A DNA stretch of 64,000 nucleotides, from contig JBHGNT010000012.1 in assembly GCA_043228905.1 (NCBI GenBank), positions 9,486,001-9,550,000 of the forward strand. Direction: 5' to 3'. A program made the position numbers and the translations under genes. Shown here in pieces: positions 62,996 to 64,000 of the stretch (position 1 is its first letter; each line of letters opens with the position of its first letter). The DNA is from Azolla caroliniana (lineage: Eukaryota > Plantae > Polypodiophyta). The notes beneath the pieces are model-generated. The model was not told where the DNA came from, ran no database searches, and was given only the letters and a program-made list of their open reading frames with translations.

Positions 62996-63075
62996 GATAA
63001 ATTGGCCAATTGGTCTAAGGCGTTGGATTAAGGCTCTATGCCGAGAGGGCGTGGGTACAAATCCCACAGTTGTCA
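62996..63075 (+). pseudogene. tRNA-Leu copy with AAG anticodon
   Basis: Loop TTAAGGC; B box mutated to GGTACAAATC. Confidence 0.8.
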
Positions 63076-63190
63076 TTAGCGAATTAAAATAATATAGCAT
63101 GACCAAAAGTTTCCTGAAATAACAACTACGTTATCCTTGTAGAAAATAGGGCGTTACCTAAATTGACACCACTGAAAATATCACTCTCTT

Positions 63191-64000
63191 TGGTACGGGC
63201 ATGATCATATAATATCCCTTTGGTACGGGCATGACCATATAATATCCCGTGGTGAGAATTTACCATAGTATTCTATACACGTCGATAAGTGTGAGGGTTA
63301 AACGAGAGTGTAAAGAATGGGAGGATTACTTTCAATCCTCGGGATTGAGACAACCCATTAGGCCAATTGTGAACTTGCATGGGTGCCTTGGGTATCGCTA
63401 TAAATAAGAGGTTTAGCTACCCTCATTTGATCATATTGTTGACTACTTCGAGACTCTGTTTTGTGGTGGGTCAACTCTTGTAGCGAGTGCGCCAACACCA
63501 GGTACGACTTGACGCCACGACGGTGGTATGGGACGCCGATCGAGGATCGAGTCCGTCTCGATCCCTTCGCTCGGGGGTGGTCGGGTGGATAGGCACCCTT
63601 CTTTCTCTCTCCTTTCTATCTATTTATCTATATTCTATCTTTATCTAATGCTTATATTAGTTCATGTCTCTAATAGTTGGTATCAGAGCGTATGTTCTAA
63701 TGTTTCTTTTGTTGGTTTTGTCTTCTTGATGAATGGCAATCGATCAATGTGTAGTCGACTTTGTTCCAAAAAACAATGAACAAAGGAACTTCGGTAATCT
63801 TTTTTTTTTTTTCTATTCTTTCTTCTCCCAATTTAATCATGTGTATGGTTAATATGTAATTTTTTATTATATAAATTCAATGATGTTGTAGTGGTAATTA
63901 ATTGGTTATATAAAACATTTACATATGTGCACGGGGTCAATACCTCATTTGACATATAAATAATATGTGATTAGTGTTATATGCGTACAAGGTTAATACC
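63191..64000 (+). mobile_element. Chromovirus family G, copy G3: 5' LTR (63191-63675) and iMet PBS (63678-63689)
   Basis: Matches 42623-42822; a 30-bp duplication at the LTR start; TGGTATCAGAGC. Confidence 0.88.

Larger units (their letters stand above)
60699..63190 (+). repeat. tRNA-Leu satellite, block 3 (7 tRNA cores)
   Basis: Cores start at 60950, 61350, 61706, 62093, 62355, 62683 and 62996. Confidence 0.97.

Noticed and set aside
60699-63190. CRISPR-like repeat/spacer array
   Set aside because: The repeats are 80-nt tRNA copies, the spacers are homologous to each other, there are no cas genes, and the context is eukaryotic.

Overview
Heterochromatic plant nuclear DNA with no supportable host protein-coding gene. 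The element set suggests a non-seed plant such as a fern (inference). The background is two tRNA-derived tandem satellites. One has ~330-bp monomers, each built around a tRNA-Leu(UAG) gene copy (14 copies in three blocks, ~2-kb higher-order period). The other has ~730-bp units with a tRNA-His pseudogene. About 17 mostly decayed, nested retroelements or fragments are inserted into this background: Reina/Tekay-like chromoviruses, a self-priming Tcn1-like chromovirus, tRNA-Trp-primed gypsy elements with 4-bp TSDs, several copia elements, an L1 LINE, and two OTA (Athila/Tat)-type elements. Most junctions are resolved by LTR pairs and TSDs. Main observations: (1) both OTA-type elements have no polypurine tract and instead carry a second, inverted tRNA-Arg primer site 2 nt from the 3' LTR, suggesting tRNA priming of both strands; (2) LTRs of at least two different gypsy lineages carry an antisense tRNA-like A/B-box module in U3; (3) the tRNA satellites themselves. 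All calls come from reading the sequence; family names and reference tRNAs are from recall, not searches.
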